A stretch of DNA of 64,000 nucleotides from Isurus oxyrinchus. Its lineage: Eukaryota. Shown here piece by piece: positions 60,595-64,000 of this stretch. The position numbers were made by a program, and so were the translations under genes. The notes beneath the pieces were generated by a model, which saw only the letters and a list, made by a program, of their open reading frames with translations, ran no database searches and was not told the origin of the DNA. The DNA lies in assembly GCA_026770705.1 (NCBI GenBank), contig JANJGN010000011.1, forward strand, positions 113,584,001-113,648,000, written 5' to 3'. Numbering within the stretch: position 1 is the stretch's first letter; each line of letters begins with the position of its first letter.

Positions 60595-63500
60595 TATAGC
60601 ATAAGGATCTGGCACATATAAGGTTAATGTGGGACTGAATACAATACCTCCCACACAGTGATGTAGAAGAACACATCACCCACACCTAGTTGTCAGTCTA
60701 GTGTTGGATAGAGTGTGTGCACCAGCTAGCAAGGAGACAGCTCCTAACTTTAACCCTTCATTGCCTATATGTACATAGTTCTTGTAGTTAACAGACCTAC
60801 TTAACCTACTTAAGACTATGAAGACTTTATTAAGACCTACCAAACAGTATCCAACACACTACAACATGGTGGCAGCAAATGGAAAAACCCAAAACATCCC
60901 AAAAAATGTAGAGAAGAAACAAAATTCTGCAAGACTAAAAAAATTCAAAGAAGCATTCTGACCTGGAAAAAAGCTCAAGAAGCAGACATGTAGAGGAAAA
61001 ATTGCCAGGGAAAAGCCCCAAGGAATGGTTGGGATACTGAAAGGAGGAATTTAACATTCCTCACTGTAGCAGAATCCATGGAATCTCTTAGAAGTCCCTG
61101 AGTGCAGTCAGCAGACCTAGGTGGAGTGAGCTAAAACTTTAAATTCTAGGGTAAAGCGAGTCTTGAAACACTTTTGGATAGTTCAGTGGTCAGAAATTGC
61201 CATTTAAAAACTCTGTTGAAAAAGCAGATTCCCAAGTCAGTGCCTGAACACCTGGCATCTGAGCTCACTCCGAACAGGGGGAGAAAGTAATTAATTTGGA
61301 AGCATTGTGACTAAAGCATCAGCTTTCAAGACTAACAAAGACCATGATTCAATGCTTTTGCAACCATAAAGCATCATGCTGAAATGGAGAAGTCTTCAGC
61401 TCGTCGATCCAAGCAGCCATCATTTAAAACTTTTTTGAAGACTGAGCACGAACCCCATTACAGCAGAAGCCCACCAAAACCAGCAAGCACAGGAAAAACC
61501 TTTGCCTTCAAATGAAAGGTGGTGCCATCTTGAATTTCAACAACTTCTTAAAGCTGAACCAACACATAAAAATTTTAAACCATGGATTAGAAATCTACTC
61601 TTCCAGATCAATTCAGACTTATCCAAGTCCCAGATCAATCACAAAATTGGGGACTTTGGTGAAAAAAGATTCCTTAGATAAATGATTGCTTCAGATCTGG
61701 ATAAAAGGACAAAAGCTGAACAAGTTAACACATTGCTTTATTCAGTAGGCCCGATAGTAGATGACATTATTGCTAGACAAGGAATCAATTAATCTAAATT
61801 TGAAGACGTACTACAATCATTTGATGTTTATTTTAAACTAAGAAGTAACAAAATCCTCAAAAGGGCTAAATTTACTCAACATGTCCTGCAGCCAGGAGAA
61901 CCTGCCGACTCATTCACTAATGATCTGTACAATATGGCTGAAGGCTGCAAACGCAGAGAACTAAAATCTGGACTTATCAGGGATAGAATAATTGTAGGAG
62001 TAGCGGACAATGCCCTCTCAGGCATGCTGCAAGTGAAGGAAGTTCTAACTCTCGAGAAAGCTATGCAAATTGTTAGGCAGTCGGAACTCCATGTGCACAA
62101 GTCCATTTTAAGGGGAGAAAGTAAACTGTGGTAAAAGGAAACTCCGCAGTCCAGTTAGGTGAGCAACACAGAAACAGGGACACTTTAGGTCCACGGAACC
62201 TAATAACCAACCAGTTAAGCAACTCTACCAACACTGTGGAGCAAAGAGCCTCCACTGGCATGATTAATGTCCTGCAATTTCAGCCCAATGCTTTCAATGT
62301 AACAGAATTGGATTCTTCAGCAAACTGTGCAAGGCCAAAACATCTAAACACACAGAAGGCCCAAAGATGATTTATGAGGTTGAGACTGCACAACAAGAGG
62401 ACACAAAACCATGATTCTTGGGCGAGGTCAAAGATCCTGGATTTTTATATTGGAATGCAAACATTTTGTCTAATGGCCATCTCACAAACTTTAAATTGGA
62501 CACAGGAGCCAACGTTATGGTCCAATGGTTCAAAGCACCATGGCTAAGAGACCTCTGGCTTTCAACAACAGACACACCACTCTATGGGCCCAGAGGAATC
62601 TGATTTCTGGTTATAGACATGATTCTGGAGCCACTAAAGAATGGTGGTAAGCAAGACTTATAGCTGATGTGTGTCATCTGTAGCCAGTCTTTTCTATCTT
62701 GAGCAGAGATGCCTGTGTAGCCCTGGATCTCCTCAAAACAGCAGTAGCTATCAAGACAACCAGTGTCGTAAATTATACAAAACTGCAAGCTCCCGAGATC
62801 TCCAACAGGAAAGACTATCCAGACTTGGACTTCAGCTCTGAACTGTCTTCTCTCTTTGCAGAGCAGGTTTGAACATTTTTGTGACAGGTGCTGGAAAGCC
62901 CTCATTGCTCAGGCCAGACAACCACTCAGATGGTTACCATGATGCCTCCAATGGAGAAGAGACAAGAGAGCAACCAACAACCAGAAGAGCCACAGCCTCC
63001 TGCTCCAATGACTGTTGATGAAGTCAGTGCTGTGACCACAGAGCAACCACTGAACTCTGGGCCCTCATGGCGGTGCCACAGATGATGCTGGAACCAAGTA
63101 ATAGCTGCCCATCACCAAGAGCACACCACAGCCAAATGCAAAAGTGAGCTTACTAAAAAAGACCACATTCTCACAACAGAAAGGCCATCTTCCATCACAG
63201 TCAACTTCACAATGACTCACACAAAGAAGAAGAAGAGGAAGAAAAAACATGGAGATGAGCACAATGTTCGTCCACCCGACAAAAATCAGGAAGGAACAAC
63301 AACCATTGAACACCACAACTGTCCAATTGACTAAGAGCAGTTCAATATTAAAGAATGGAAAAACAGAATGACAAACTACCCAGATGCCAGAACAACCTCC
63401 AAACCAACAGAGCTCACCGGAATGACAGAGTCTACCACTCCTCCAACAGTAGTGCAAACGAGATATGGAAGTGTTATAAAGCCTCCAGGCCGCCTGAACC

Positions 63501-63879
63501 TATGAACTCAGAGACTTGAAGGGGAGAGATGGGGTAGTAATAGTGATGTAAATACATGGAGTAAATGAAAATAACTTGAAATACATTGGATAAAGACTTG
63601 GGAGGAAGTGTAGTGTAAGGGTTTGGCACATATAGTTACTGTGGGACTGAGTACAATGCCGCTCGCACAGTGATATAAGAGAACACATGACCCACACTTA
63701 AGGGTCAACATAGTGTTGTCAGAGCCGTGTATACCAGCAAGAATGGGGACAGCTCCTAGGTTGAACCCTTCACTGTACATATGCACGTAGCTTTTGTAGT
63801 TAATCAATACATACAGTTAACCTATTTAAGACGATACAGACTTCATTATCACCTACCAAACAGTATCCAATGCCCTACA
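60595..63879 (+). mobile_element. Gypsy LTR element 3, gag-protease only
   Basis: LTRs 60595-60863 and 63609-63879; PBS tggtggcagc at 60867; near-TSD ctgg/atgg; gag (EQVNTLLYSVG, RAKF, LIRDRIIVGV, LTLEKAMQIVRQSE); protease FKLDTGANV; no RT or integrase core seen. Confidence 0.88.
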
Positions 63880-64000
63880 ATGGATGGGACTTGTTTTTCA
63901 CTCTTGTTGGTGCTCTCACCACCTGCTGCAGGCCCAGTCAGGCAGAAAGCTCTTCCAGGACCTGGCCAGCTCGGTCAGTAGTGCTGACACGCAGCTCCTC

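Larger units (their letters stand above)
51838..64000 (-). mobile_element. Old dominant-family LINE in pieces (51838-52440, 52797-53379, 58281-59240, 60456-60540, 63880-64000)
   Basis: Pieces are colinear and join across each insert (tail, RT FADD, KTCAPELA, APE end); continues past the window edge. Confidence 0.85.

Overview
Eukaryotic, repeat-saturated non-coding DNA, inferred from its repeat content to be a cartilaginous fish (shark-like). No host gene could be identified with confidence, and almost all listed ORFs are transposon debris or shadow frames. The window holds about 10 copies of one APE-RT LINE family (CR1 group), its partner tRNA-derived SINE, classical CR1, RTE and Rex/Babar fragments, four Gypsy-type LTR elements, a ~6.7 kb PIF/Harbinger element with a Tx1 fragment inside it, a Harbinger deletion derivative, several MITEs, and a Penelope-like insert with tandem degenerate hammerhead motifs. 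The most notable feature is at 37405-40637: an apparently full-length LINE that starts with the SINE's tRNA head (A/B boxes) and central core, runs straight into APE-RT with no ORF1, and ends in the tail the SINE also uses. The free SINEs here therefore read as internal deletions of this LINE. All family assignments are by motif recognition, not database search.
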